Shown: positions 39,210-49,925, counted from the whole stretch's first letter. The stretch: 63,487 nucleotides of DNA, filler included, from Salisapilia sapeloensis CBS 127946 (GCA_023334545.1; 11 parts of 11 records of this genome joined end to end with filler, not necessarily neighbours in it); one strand, 5' to 3'. Made by a program: numbers and translations. Notes: generated by a model not told the origin, from the sequence alone.

Positions 39210-39559
39210 TGCAACGGGAAGTTACATGAATGTATCCCAAGCTGAGGGAACATTCCGGATCTTGAAGTGGGTCCTTGTATTGGAGCATATGATGCTAACA
39301 CAAAGTTACAAGGAACATGAATGGTCGTTAGACCTTTCCATACTAAGATGAAGTTTAAGGAGATTGTATTAGGATTTAGTACGTATATAGAAACTCGAAG
39401 TCTAGTAGTCTGATTAAGCCTCAATACAATCGGTTCTCCTTTTGCTTTCTAAAGCACAAGTGTCTTACACTACTTCCGTACTTTTAGTACAAGAGTTTCA
39501 TACTCCGCGTTTTACGCTTCCCTTACGTTCAAAGGGCTATCGTTGTGACTTCTGTCACA
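39210..39559 (+). mobile_element. LTR copy 2 (350 bp, TG...CA), solo or 3' LTR
   Basis: Starts TGCAACGGGAAG, ends GTCACA; matches copies 1 and 3; no PBS or TSD seen. Confidence 0.9.
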
Positions 39560-40120
39560 CCACACGTGCGCTTAGTAAGTCAACTGCAAATTCTCTTCTG
39601 TATTCTGCTTATACAAATCTTAATTGCTGGCTATATTTTCTTGTTCAACTGTCTGTTGTGCTTTCTCATGTCATGTATCATCCACCATACTGTTGTACTA
39701 TCATCATCCATGTACTGAGTCTCAGACCGGTTCTCGACCCCTGAGGTGCCTAGGTCCAGGTCTTTCACCCTGGGGTCCTGATCCGGGCCTGGCCTTTCGT
39801 TCGCATTTCTCATCCCCGTTGTCCTGTGGCCCCTCTTGACCCTCCATACCATGCTAGCTCAGCGCCTTCCGTGTAAAAACTCGGAGCTCGGACTCATCAT
39901 CTCCAGTCTTTGGTGCTCTGGTCTGTTCTCAGCCCTGGAACTCGGGTCTAGTCCGGACCCAGACCTCCCTAGGACCCAGCTTCCGAAGTGGGACCTAGGC
40001 CCCTGGGCACTGGATTGGTCAAATTTCCTTTGCTTTTTCGACGTTCCTTCTGATCAGCTGACGTCCGTCGCTTCTCAGCTCAACGATATTCTGTCAGTTG
40101 CGAAAAATGATGCCACATAA

Positions 40121-41213
40121 TCACACTTGCACCCTGGCTCTTTTTCCCATTGCCTTCTTTTCTTTCCACTGTGCAACCTTCCGATCGCGAATGGCTATCT
40201 TTGCATGTTTCGATGTCGTCGGACAGCCTTGCAAATGGTGTGCCTGTCCACACGCCCAGCACGTTATTGGTCTACTGGGTTTACCATCGGACTTCGTAGT
40301 CGCAGTCTTGATTGGCTTTCTTTTGTCGGTAGTTTGCTGCGTAGGCTTCTTATGCTTGTCCAAACCATTCTTACCGAAAACTCGGTATTGTTGCTGGAGA
40401 TGTGCCTGAGCCAGTATCAGCTCATGCAATGCACCATCATCAGTCCTAGTTTTCCGATATTGGATTGCCATCAATTCTTTGATCTCATTGCGCAAGACTT
40501 CTGGGGCGACACCCTCGCGGAGCAATTTGCACCTACTTCGCATACAATCGTCGTACCCTTAATCTTCCATCGAGCCTGATTGAAGCCAATGTTCTAGCCT
40601 ATAGTCTTCCACCATCCGATCGAAGCCCATAAATACTTCACAACTATTGTGTTTATGTCTTTTTCTTTGAAGTCCATTTTGACGTTTTGTTTTATGAACC
40701 CAATTAGCTCAGAAAGTTTTCCATTTTAGCAGTTCCGATCCTTTTGACGATATGCTCGAGTAATAGCACATCCCTAATCTCTTTTGCAGGTTTCTTGATG
40801 ATGTAGTGCGCCAGATAGTCGACTAGGCGAGTACCAATCGAGTTTTTGGCCGAGATTACCACCACATGGTACTCTTCGCCCATGCAGGCGCACCGATACA
40901 TTACCTTCTGCTTATAGAGCTTACGCTCTCGGTTCCATGCCACAAAAGCACCATGGTCCCAAGATCTTAGTCTTGGAAGCGCCACAATTTTCCACATTTG
41001 TTGGGGAACCGTCATTTTCACATCGCTGGAACTATCTCCAAAGTTGAGGTTTAGACGGTTTGAGTCCATCTTAACTTTAGCTTCGGTATCCGTACGGTTC
41101 TCTCGAGTTGATTTGGTGCCAAAATCTTTGTAGCACAAGTTGGTATTGAAATGCTTGTTTGTATTTGCTGGTAAGAGCTGAAGTGAATATCTGTCTACTC
41201 TAATCCAGCTCAT
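40121..41213 (-). pseudogene. Frameshifted gag of an oomycete Ty3/gypsy-like retrotransposon
   Basis: LPRLRSWDH...W.RER, KMDFKEKDI, CKLL..GVAPEVL, zinc knuckle CWACGQAHHLQGC. Confidence 0.75.
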
Positions 41214-41319
41214 CCTCGGTCATTCTCGGTACCTTATCGAGGATGAGGCTAGATCTTGAATAGTCGTAATGTGAGTGAAGTATGATTGAAGTTGGAGTCG
41301 TGTTGGGATGTCCGTATTC

Positions 41320-42400
41320 ACAAGCCTTCACAGGCAGTGGCAGATCAAAGCGTTACAACAGTAGTATTCAACTCCAGTGGGAAGAGACCGACACTGTGTC
41401 CTTAAACAACCTGACGTCTGCCATCTGCCATCGCACAATCCGCCAAAGTATCCTTTCTATTGCCGACAGCCGAAGTCTGCATGTTTACGGATGCCTCAGA
41501 TGCTGGATGGGCCGTTATTCTCACCCAAGTTATCACGTGGAATCTTGAATTTCCAGTCGAAAAGCAGAGCCACCAACCGCTCTTGTGTTAAGGAGGATTA
41601 TTCAGTGCAAGCCAACTGCACTGGTCGATGGCTGAGAAAAAGGCTTATGAATTGAAACTAGATATTAGCAACTGGGACATTTTGCTGCCTCTAGTACAAG
41701 TTTGTCTAAACCATACATCAATCGAGAGCCTAGGGAATGTCAGCCCGACAGAGCTTTTTACAGGATACCAACCGCCTGAGCTCCTTCCACCCGTGGTCCT
41801 TCCTTCGAAATAAGAAGGTGGTGATCAACTTCAAAAAAAATTGATCCAGAAAGGCATGTCAAGCACGTGGACACCCTGCGCAACAGCCTTGTCAAAATAC
41901 ATGCCAAACACACAACAAGTCCGTGCCAAACAGAAGAAGAAGTCAAAGAAAAAGTCTGACGAACGAGTACATACAAAGCCGTTAAACCTGCATGAAGGTG
42001 ATTTCGTACTCTGGTCATGAGTCGACCCAAGACTTAACGCAAGCAAACTGACAGTCCGATGGGTTGGAACATTTCAAATGATCAAGGCTAAAGAGTATTC
42101 GTTCGAGATTTAGCATTTGCTGACACAAGAGCGCTACGAAGTTCACTCATTCAGGCTCAAATTGTATCATGATCGGTCACTGGATCTTACAGAGGAGCTG
42201 CGCGAATATGTCGCGCTGCAAGGTGTAGTACTCGGAGTTTGAGGCATCGTTTCTAACCGGTACAATGATGCAGTAGGCAAATGGAAAGTTCAAGTAGCGT
42301 GGATCGGCCTAGAGGATCACGAAAATTCATGTGAACCATTGAAGACGACCTCTCAGGATGTACCCAAGTTGCTACAAGCGTATCTGGACGGTACCCTCCA
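41320..42400 (+). pseudogene. Deleted/frameshifted Ty3/gypsy pol relic (RNase H, integrase end, chromodomain)
   Basis: VCMFTDASDAGWAVILTQV, HWSMAEKKAY, LLPLVQVCLNHT...SPTELFTG, VQVAWIGLEDHENS.EP...QDVP. Confidence 0.8.
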
Positions 42401-42472
42401 ATGATCCGACCCTTGAACATCTTCAAGAATAACATGCAACGAACTCCCCTTTACCGTCTTAAAAGAGGAAGT

Positions 42473-42691
42473 TGTGGCAGCTCAGAACATTAAGCCGTGG
42501 AAATGAAACCGACAGACAAGAAAATGAAGTAGGAACGAGAATAGATAACCACAAAAACCTCACTTGCATCTTTGGCAGCTACGACACACTACACTGCCTT
42601 TGATACAGTACTCCCTTTGAAACGTATCATATAAAAGGATAAATCGTGTATCGGTAATCCTTTGTAGTTGTTCCTATCAAATTTTGTATCA
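42473..42691 (+). mobile_element. Possible degenerate 3' LTR of the pol relic
   Basis: Purine tract AAAAGAGGAAG at 42461-42471 followed by TGTGG..., TATAAAA inside, ends ...TGTATCA; no second copy seen. Confidence 0.3.
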
Positions 42692-42841
42692 TATACCTTT
42701 TATAAGTGGCAGGCGTACAAAAATAAACCTAAATGCTTTGGAAACGGCTACCACTGCCGGATGCAAGAAGATTGTAACATGTATAGGTGCTCATATAAAG
42801 AGTGTTGACTGTATAAGTCTATCCGAAGTAAAAGAAAAAAG

Positions 42842-42914
42842 CACCCGCCGTGGGGCTCGAACCCACGACCACTGGCTTAAAAGGCCAGCGCTCTACCGAC
42901 TGAGCTAGACGGGT
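42842..42914 (-). tRNA. tRNA-Lys, anticodon UUU
   Basis: 73 nt cloverleaf: ACCCGTC/GGCGGGT acceptor stem, AGCTCAGTCGGTAGAGC D arm, CTGGC-CTTTTAA-GCCAG anticodon arm, GGTTCGAGCC T loop. Confidence 0.96.
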
Positions 42915-44008
42915 TGTATTAGATATTAGTAAACGTTACATAAATAAAATAAAATTATACCATACATTATTAAGAAGTTGAAATTTTTTAAATCTGACTA
43001 TGAACAACTACTTTGGGCGTGCGTGATGTGAATGTATATTATCTCTATTAAAAAGCCGCGCTCAAAATGTATGGTATAACTTTATATTACATAGAAGTTT
43101 GTGGGCTATGGAGGGCATCAACTTGAAAATCATTCTAGTTGCATTCAGATCTGCTTCTTATTCGACATCATCATTCTGAGCTTGTTCACTGTTCATCATT
43201 TTTGCCATGCTGCCTACCTAAGCTAAGAACAACAGCATGCATGCTGGAGCCACGTAGAACGAATCTGTATTCGGCAGTGAACAGCATGTCAATGACCTAC
43301 AGAAGGTATTCAAGGTGATATTACTGTGCTGCGTCTCCGATTTTGTGTCTTTTGGAGTCCCATATAGAGCTAAGATTGAGATGAAGTAAGCTTTTTATTG
43401 AGCTTCATCTCTACGGATGTAGTGCTCGCGTCAACTCTATTTTAACCGACCCATGACGTAGCAACTTTGCCGTATATGTTCATACTCCGCACGTAGAACC
43501 TACCGTTAGAGCGTGAGATTCATTGTCAGTACCTTGTAGTGGATTATACACTTTAAATCGATAGACACTCGTATCGATTGCACCTAGACAATTGCGTAGG
43601 TGTAGTCTATTTGCATTTAATCGCACCAAGTATGTTTCGTATTAGATTGGCAGTTATGACCACAAATTCTCTTTAGTACAAAGAAAGTTTGAATGCCATT
43701 AAATGCTATCCGGATTATCGCGAATGAGAGCTAGTAGCGAACAAAGCTTTGCTCTTAGCTAGAGCTGCTTGCATTAGACTTTCATTAAACAATCCTCTCG
43801 TTAGACAACTTTCACTGTTTCTCTTATCAGCTTTTGCAATGCCGAATAATAAATAGCTTTACTATACGTGTAAAAGCACAGGGTGCAATCTACTAGCTTC
43901 TAAAGCCAACATTTGCATTCGCTTGTCTCGGTTCCCACGTCGCCAAAAGCACCCATTTCAACGCTGTTTGCAGCTACTGTACCGTAAAAATGCACACTTT
44001 GTCCCACT

Positions 44009-45427
44009 ATGGCAACACTCGAAAAAAGCCACGCGATGGAGCGCGAAGAGGAGCACAGCGACGTTGAATTTGTCGACCAGCAGGCTGTCTTAGACGAAGG
44101 ACAGTCGCTCGGATATTCGACTGAAACGTCGTCATTGCCAGATATAAACACCAAGTCGCCTGGTGCCAGTGATGGAGAGTGGGAAGCGATCCCATTTCCA
44201 ACTGCCCATGAGGATGGCGAAAGTGAACCGATTCTGCCAGAATACATTGAACAGAACTCTACATCGAGTGCAAGCGACATCCGTTCTTTGGATAACAGGG
44301 AATTTGAAAACCCTCTTTCTGTCAATAGTAGCCTACCGACTACCATCGGCGTCCGTGGTCCGCTTTCCACCCCAGTCGCCACGACGGACGTTGAGAGTGA
44401 TGATGGGTTAGAGGATAAAGAAGACGCATTGAGTATCTCACCATCCCATCCGGACCGTTTTCTGGAAGAAGACGAGAGTGAACGGTCTTCGCTGCAGGAT
44501 GAAGTTCCAGAGCCCGATTGTGAGATGGACGGCCGGCATCGAGCTCTATCATCCCTGAACCTCTCTCCCGTCCGCAAGGTCAGCAAAGACATTATCCAGC
44601 TACCGGACGGTCATTTTCAAAAGGAAGTTTTGCAGGACAATTGGAGTCTCGACAGTGATGACTACTATGCCCATCTTTCCAGTCGGTACGCCACTCCGAA
44701 CGACAGTGTCCGTCCCAGGGACAAGGCGCAAGAGAACCGGATCGCTAGTTTAGAAAAGCAGGTACAGGCCTTGCAGCAGCAGTTGGAGATTAAGGAGCAA
44801 GAGAATAGTCGACATCGGAAACGGATTTATGATCTGGAGCTTCAGCAGCAAGCGGCAGCTGCGAGCGCATTGGACCAGCATGGTCATTGTCGAGAGCAGA
44901 GGCATGAGCTTTGGCGGACGATACGCAAGCTGACCCTTTTCGTAGACCACTTTCGACTGGCAAAGGAAGAGATGGAGCGGCAGCGAGACGATGCGATGGT
45001 GTCTGCCAATCGAGCGTGGGCAGAGAATGCGTTCCTGGCAGGTCACCAGAACCATCGGCAGAAGATCAAATACATGGAATCCATCAAGGAGGACAATCGG
45101 AGACTCCACAAGAAGGTCAACAGTCTTCGGTCTCAGCTCGCTTCTGCCACGGGAAAGTCTTTGGTCGCAGTCGATGCCCTCGTGTCGAGTGATGCTGACG
45201 AGAGTGAAGACTTGGTGGACGATCGAGGCCAAGTGGACATACCTTCAGAAGTGGAAGAGCCCGCTCAAAATCAGGTCGTTCGGAAACTGTGGCAGATGCA
45301 AGAGAGGACACACAAGTGCATAGAGGAGCTCGAGAACGAGCGAGCGGATGTTCAGCGGCGTCTTCGACACCCGTGGCGCTTCCAGACGCCTACCGAGGAG
45401 CAGACCAAAGTGGCAGGAGTCGTCTAG
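44009..45427 (+). CDS. Acidic/coiled-coil protein with HMMR/KIF15 C-terminal-like motif
   Basis: 472-aa ORF; FLAGHQNHRQKIKYMESIKEDNRRL resembles LLGHQNxxQKIxxxxxLKxEN. Confidence 0.7.
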   Translation: MATLEKSHAMEREEEHSDVEFVDQQAVLDEGQSLGYSTETSSLPDINTKSPGASDGEWEAIPFPTAHEDGESEPILPEYIEQNSTSSASDIRSLDNREFENPLSVNSSLPTTIGVRGPLSTPVATTDVESDDGLEDKEDALSISPSHPDRFLEEDESERSSLQDEVPEPDCEMDGRHRALSSLNLSPVRKVSKDIIQLPDGHFQKEVLQDNWSLDSDDYYAHLSSRYATPNDSVRPRDKAQENRIASLEKQVQALQQQLEIKEQENSRHRKRIYDLELQQQAAAASALDQHGHCREQRHELWRTIRKLTLFVDHFRLAKEEMERQRDDAMVSANRAWAENAFLAGHQNHRQKIKYMESIKEDNRRLHKKVNSLRSQLASATGKSLVAVDALVSSDADESEDLVDDRGQVDIPSEVEEPAQNQVVRKLWQMQERTHKCIEELENERADVQRRLRHPWRFQTPTEEQTKVAGVV

Positions 45428-45456
45428 TAAGATATCATTGGTCTAAATAAGAATAC

Positions 45457-46881
45457 ATGCGTGTGATTGGCGAAAACGTTCCTCGGAGTCCAGGAAGACA
45501 CGAACGCTCGATGGAGACCTCTGCGAGGCCATCCACAACCATGTCAGAGGTCAAAGCCGACGCTCCCGAATCTAATGCAGAAGTAAATAGCACCTTGTCT
45601 ACTTGTACTGAAAACGAAACTTCGGATCGGAGCGAAACACCTTTCCCAAGAACAAACATTCAAGAAGCAGCTATAAAGTCCTGGACGGATGCCAAATGGG
45701 GCAGGCTGCCGCCACTTCCAGAAGGATGGACACAAGTGCAGCACCATTCTGGACTACTGTGCTATTTCCATGCTGCTTCGAAAACAGTTAGCTGGTCTCG
45801 ACCATACGTGCCTGAGCTTCCGACGGAAGAGCACGAGTGGGTGAATGCCATCGCGACCCACGTGCCTTCCATGGACATTTTCGCTCGTTTCGCGCCAGTT
45901 AAAACAGTTTTCGGCCCGGCTTCCAAGGTATGGTGCATGGTCATAGCAGGTGCTCAAATGAACTGAAGAGTGCTCACAAGTCTATGCGTAGAACCGAAAG
46001 CGCTCTCGGTCTCCGTCCGATGTTGTGAGTCAAAAAAGCAAGACGGAAGAAGCCAAGACGGATGAAAGCAAGAGGGACGAAAGCAGTAAAGCTGCGATCT
46101 CTATTGAGCAGTACCATTCACAAAAGTCTAGTGCAGCGGCTGACTCCACCTCTGACGTCGTCCAGAACGAAACTATTCCAGAGCAAGCTCCTCCTCAAGC
46201 CTATCCACCACCGGACAATTCTCCTCTTGTACGTTTGATTTCCCTTTTGGTGTCGGCGTCATCTCATCTGAATAGAGCTACGACGAGTTCAAGACTCTTC
46301 CGATCGGAGACCCTCGGATCGTATCTGTACGTCTCACTCGTCTCCAAACTCACCACTCCTACTCACCATTCTGCCTAAAGAACTGCCTCCATCTGTCTTT
46401 TAAGACACCCGTCCAAGTGCTGCAAGAGTACCAGTCACGCAACCGTGGCATATCTGTCATCTACAATTGGAGAGAGACCGATGGCACCAAGGGCCGGCGC
46501 CTCTACAAGACTACTGTGACTGCTGCCAAACACGCTGCCGAGGTACATGTGCTAGCGATCCTATCTTGATGCGCACTGAGCCTCTGATCCGAGTAGGGTG
46601 TAGCGTCGTCGAAAAAGGCCTCCAAACAACTGGCAGCTCAGGCACTCCTTTCCATCTTGCATGGCGACTCCATCAGTACATACGTAGATGTCGTCCGATT
46701 TTACGAGCGACGCGAGAAGCCTGTGTCGCAGCCGTCACCTTACGCGCCCGTGGCTCATGTAGATCAGAGTTTGGCGAATTACCCTTTGCATCCAGCCTCT
46801 ATCGGTAATTACTCTTCGGGACCAGACAGGTACCCTGCGTGGGTACCTCCACGCTCTACGAAGAGACCGAGGAAGCGATAG
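45457..46881 (+). CDS. DGCR8/Pasha-like protein (WW/Rhed-like domain plus one dsRBD), 5 exons
   Basis: LPEGWTQVQHHSGLLCYFHAASKTVSWSRPY; introns 45928-45991, 46229-46275, 46327-46380 and 46543-46596 give DPRI...KTPVQVLQEYQSRNRG...SKKASKQLAAQALLSILH; start may be 45511 or 45541. Confidence 0.78.
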
Positions 46882-46947
46882 AGAGACAACGAAGACTTGG
46901 ATTGTCATATTTACAACGCAAGAAGAACGAATAATGAGAGTATCGTG

Positions 46948-47235
46948 CTATTTCGTGGCATCTTGAATCATCACTTTTAGCTGCTTGTTTTGCTGCTGTA
47001 TCTGTGCGTTCGTCTTGGCATCCGTGGCGTGCCGGATCTCGTCCTCTTCCCTCGCAAAGTTCTGCTCCGCTCGACCAGTGGCCCAGTTCATGATAAAGTA
47101 ACCGCAGACGACCGGTGCTGTAAAGTAGACGACGCCCATGAGCGTCCGGCCATTCTTGGACAGAGGGATGCGAGTGCTGTGGATCCTCTTCTTCAGTTGC
47201 TCGTGGCGTTCCCCGAGTCCGCGCAGGAAGTCCAT
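46948..47235 (-). CDS. Small single-TM hypothetical protein
   Basis: 95 aa from ATG 47235; TM LMGVVYFTAPVVCGYFIM; coiled tail. Confidence 0.7.
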   Translation of the reverse strand: MDFLRGLGERHEQLKKRIHSTRIPLSKNGRTLMGVVYFTAPVVCGYFIMNWATGRAEQNFAREEDEIRHATDAKTNAQIQQQNKQLKVMIQDATK

Positions 47236-47420
47236 TCGAATGTCCACAAATGCGTCCGACCTCCAAGTCTGTATGTCTCTTAGAACATATAATAGCATGT
47301 TTACAACTTCAAGAACATCATGAGAAGATCAGCTCTATCTCGACAACCAGACGATGGCCGGATGGAACGAGCGAGAGGCGTCAGACTTGACTCCAAGTTA
47401 CTCATTCAGCTCCATACGGA

Positions 47421-48038
47421 ATGGAGGGCTACCTGCTCGTGTTCTCTTCTTCCTCTTGTGCACGCCTGTGCTTTGGTGTCGTCGACAGTGGGCAGATTAA
47501 ACTACAGGACAAGCGCGACGGCGTCACGATCGCGTCCATCCCGCTGACAAAGCACAGTGTGCGCGTGACGGCGCTGAATGGAGGCATTCCGAACCAGTTC
47601 GTAGTACACACGCTGGCTTTAAAGCGCAGTGATACCATTGGCAAGTTTATTCCTGCCGCTGAAAAGGAGCGAGCGCACGTACTCGCCACGACGTCGACTA
47701 CCAACGTCCATCGATGGAGTCAAGCAGTCTTTAAGTGGCGAATGCAGGCGTTCAAGGAACCTCGAGAGGATGCTGCGCATTCAGAACGAGCAAAGCTTTT
47801 GGAGGACGAACGAAGGAGCGTGCTGCAGCTCGCATCTCGTTTCGAAGTGAATCTTTTGCCGACGCCCAAGCGACGAAAGCGTCGACGTCCGTCAGATATT
47901 GTTCGTTGGTCTCGAAAGGTAGGAAGCAAAGACGCCTTGATCCCTGTCGAGTACGCCTCCAGCAGCCGCGTCCAGCCTCAGTCGTGGCTGGGCAACTTGC
48001 TGTCGACGACGTCTACGCCGAGCGTGTCCTACCTCTAA
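47421..48038 (+). CDS. Hypothetical protein with PH-like N-terminal domain
   Basis: MEGYLLV start, beta-rich core, terminal helix with RW; 205 aa. Confidence 0.65.
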   Translation: MEGYLLVFSSSSCARLCFGVVDSGQIKLQDKRDGVTIASIPLTKHSVRVTALNGGIPNQFVVHTLALKRSDTIGKFIPAAEKERAHVLATTSTTNVHRWSQAVFKWRMQAFKEPREDAAHSERAKLLEDERRSVLQLASRFEVNLLPTPKRRKRRRPSDIVRWSRKVGSKDALIPVEYASSSRVQPQSWLGNLLSTTSTPSVSYL

Positions 48039-48100
48039 TCGTAAGAAATTATAAAGACGTAACTGCTGTGCCAATCTTCTTGTATTCTGCTTTGGTCATT

Positions 48101-49438
48101 CTAGAGGTAGAGTCCTTCCGGAATGTTCGCCTTCTTCTTATACAGAGCCTTCTCCTTGGCCTTGCGGAAGTCCTGCTGGGTGACGCGCATCCGACGCTCG
48201 CGAAGCGCCAAGAGACCTGCTTCGGTGCACACAGCCTTGATGTCGGCTCCAGACAGCTCGTCCTTGGCCATGACAAACTCCTCCAGATCCACATCTTCCG
48301 ACAGGTTCATGCGACCAGTGTGGATGTTGAAGATACGCCGCTTCGTCTTGATGTCCGGCAGCGGGAACTCGATCTTTCGGTCGATACGTCCAGGTCGGAT
48401 GAGTGCAGGGTCTAGGCTCTCGATGGCGTTCGTCGCCATGATCACCTTGACGTCTCCGCGCTCGTCAAAGCCGTCCAACTGGTTCAACAGCTCCAGCATC
48501 GTACGCTGAATTTCGCGCGTGCCTCCGCTGCTCGAGTCATATCGTTTGCTTCCCACAGCGTCGATCTCATCGATAAAGACGATGGAAGGAGCATGGTCGT
48601 CGGCCACTCGGAACATCTCGCGAACGAGCTTCGGGCCGTCGCCAAGGTATTTTTGGATGAGCTCCGAGCCGACGACACGGAGGAAGGTAGCAGACGTCTG
48701 GTTCGCCACAGCCTTGGCGAGCAGCGTCTTCCCCGTACCAGGCTCTCCGTACAGGATGACACCCTTTGGCGGACGAATACCGATGCCTTCGTAGAGCTCC
48801 GGATGCGTCAGGGGCAGCTCGACGGCCTCCTTGATCTCCTGAATCTGCGTCTCCAGACCTCCGATGTCCGCGTAAGACTCTAGCGGAGCCTTGTCGACCT
48901 TCATGACAGAGACCATGGGGTCCGTGTCGTCTCCCAAGATACCCACGACGGACATGACCTTGTTGTGGAGGAGCACCGAGGATCCAGGCTCGAGCATGTC
49001 CTGGTTCACAAACGACATGACACCGACGTAGTACTCTGGTCCGACGCTGGAAGATACGATCGCGTGGTTGTCGTCGATGAGCTCCTCGAGGGTGCCGACG
49101 CCCATGGGCGTTCCGCGCAAGTCGTCCACCTTGCTGCGCTCCTCTTCGTCCTTCTCCTGCTTGGGCTTGAGCACCTCCTGGTTCTGGATAAACTCTTGTT
49201 CCATGAGTAAATAGTCCTTAATGCGCTCGAGCTTGAGCAGACGGAGCTTGCACTTGGCCGTCGGGTAGACCGGCGGGATGCGGACGGCTGCCGACGGCCC
49301 CTTCTTCTTGCGCCGCTTGCGCGTCATGGCGCCGGCGCCCCTGGGCTCGAACTTCTTTTTCTTCTTGGCCTCCTCCTTCTTCTTGTTGGGGTCCTCTCGG
49401 CCGCCGCGCGGCGGCATGCCGCTCTGTCCTTGGCCCAT
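48101..49438 (-). CDS. RPT2: 26S proteasome regulatory AAA-ATPase subunit Rpt2 (S4/PSMC1)
   Basis: MGQGQS start, [18 protein letters not shown], Walker A GEPGTGKT, Walker B VFIDEID, C-terminal PEGLYL. Confidence 0.98.
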   Translation of the reverse strand: MGQGQSGMPPRGGREDPNKKKEEAKKKKKFEPRGAGAMTRKRRKKKGPSAAVRIPPVYPTAKCKLRLLKLERIKDYLLMEQEFIQNQEVLKPKQEKDEEERSKVDDLRGTPMGVGTLEELIDDNHAIVSSSVGPEYYVGVMSFVNQDMLEPGSSVLLHNKVMSVVGILGDDTDPMVSVMKVDKAPLESYADIGGLETQIQEIKEAVELPLTHPELYEGIGIRPPKGVILYGEPGTGKTLLAKAVANQTSATFLRVVGSELIQKYLGDGPKLVREMFRVADDHAPSIVFIDEIDAVGSKRYDSSSGGTREIQRTMLELLNQLDGFDERGDVKVIMATNAIESLDPALIRPGRIDRKIEFPLPDIKTKRRIFNIHTGRMNLSEDVDLEEFVMAKDELSGADIKAVCTEAGLLALRERRMRVTQQDFRKAKEKALYKKKANIPEGLYL

Positions 49439-49925
49439 CTTCTCGCTCTCTTAGCTCTGGTCTTCTTCGAGGCGAAAGATCGATGCGCTTTTCAGCCAAT
49501 GAGACGACGCGAGATCCTGAAGCGGCATCGCGGATCTTCCATACTCACGCCGAGTACAATGCGCCCAGGAGCTACTTGACCGCTTGTCTGTAACGAGCTT
49601 TTACATTCAAAGAGCTCTGTTCTCTCGACACTTATGAGTGAACAGTCCAACTTACTCCTAGTCCGACCATCAAGTATACAAAACACACAATAGCTGGCAT
49701 GGAGAAGGCAGAAAGTTTTCGTTCTTGCCCCAGCTTGAAGTGGAGAAGAAAGGGATGAAGCGACCGTTTCGTTGCCTAATAAGAACGGCTCCACACGCGC
49801 AGAGAGGCAGTCAAGAGTCGACGCTGCGAGCACTCTGTTGTTGGACTGTATTCATACTCGCGCTCGGTCTCGCTATCCTGCTCGAACTGCTACTTCCCTA
49901 TTACAACTGGCCTCCACTCGACCGA

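Noticed and set aside
39700-40100. GC-rich patch with repeated GGTCC/GGACC words
   Set aside because: No regular period; most likely a degraded part of the surrounding retroelement block.
48123-49499. Many antisense or alternate-frame ORFs over Rpt2 (also over the MAPK, PL3, ABCG and dehydrogenase)
   Set aside because: Shadow ORFs expected from GC-rich third codon positions; no independent motifs.
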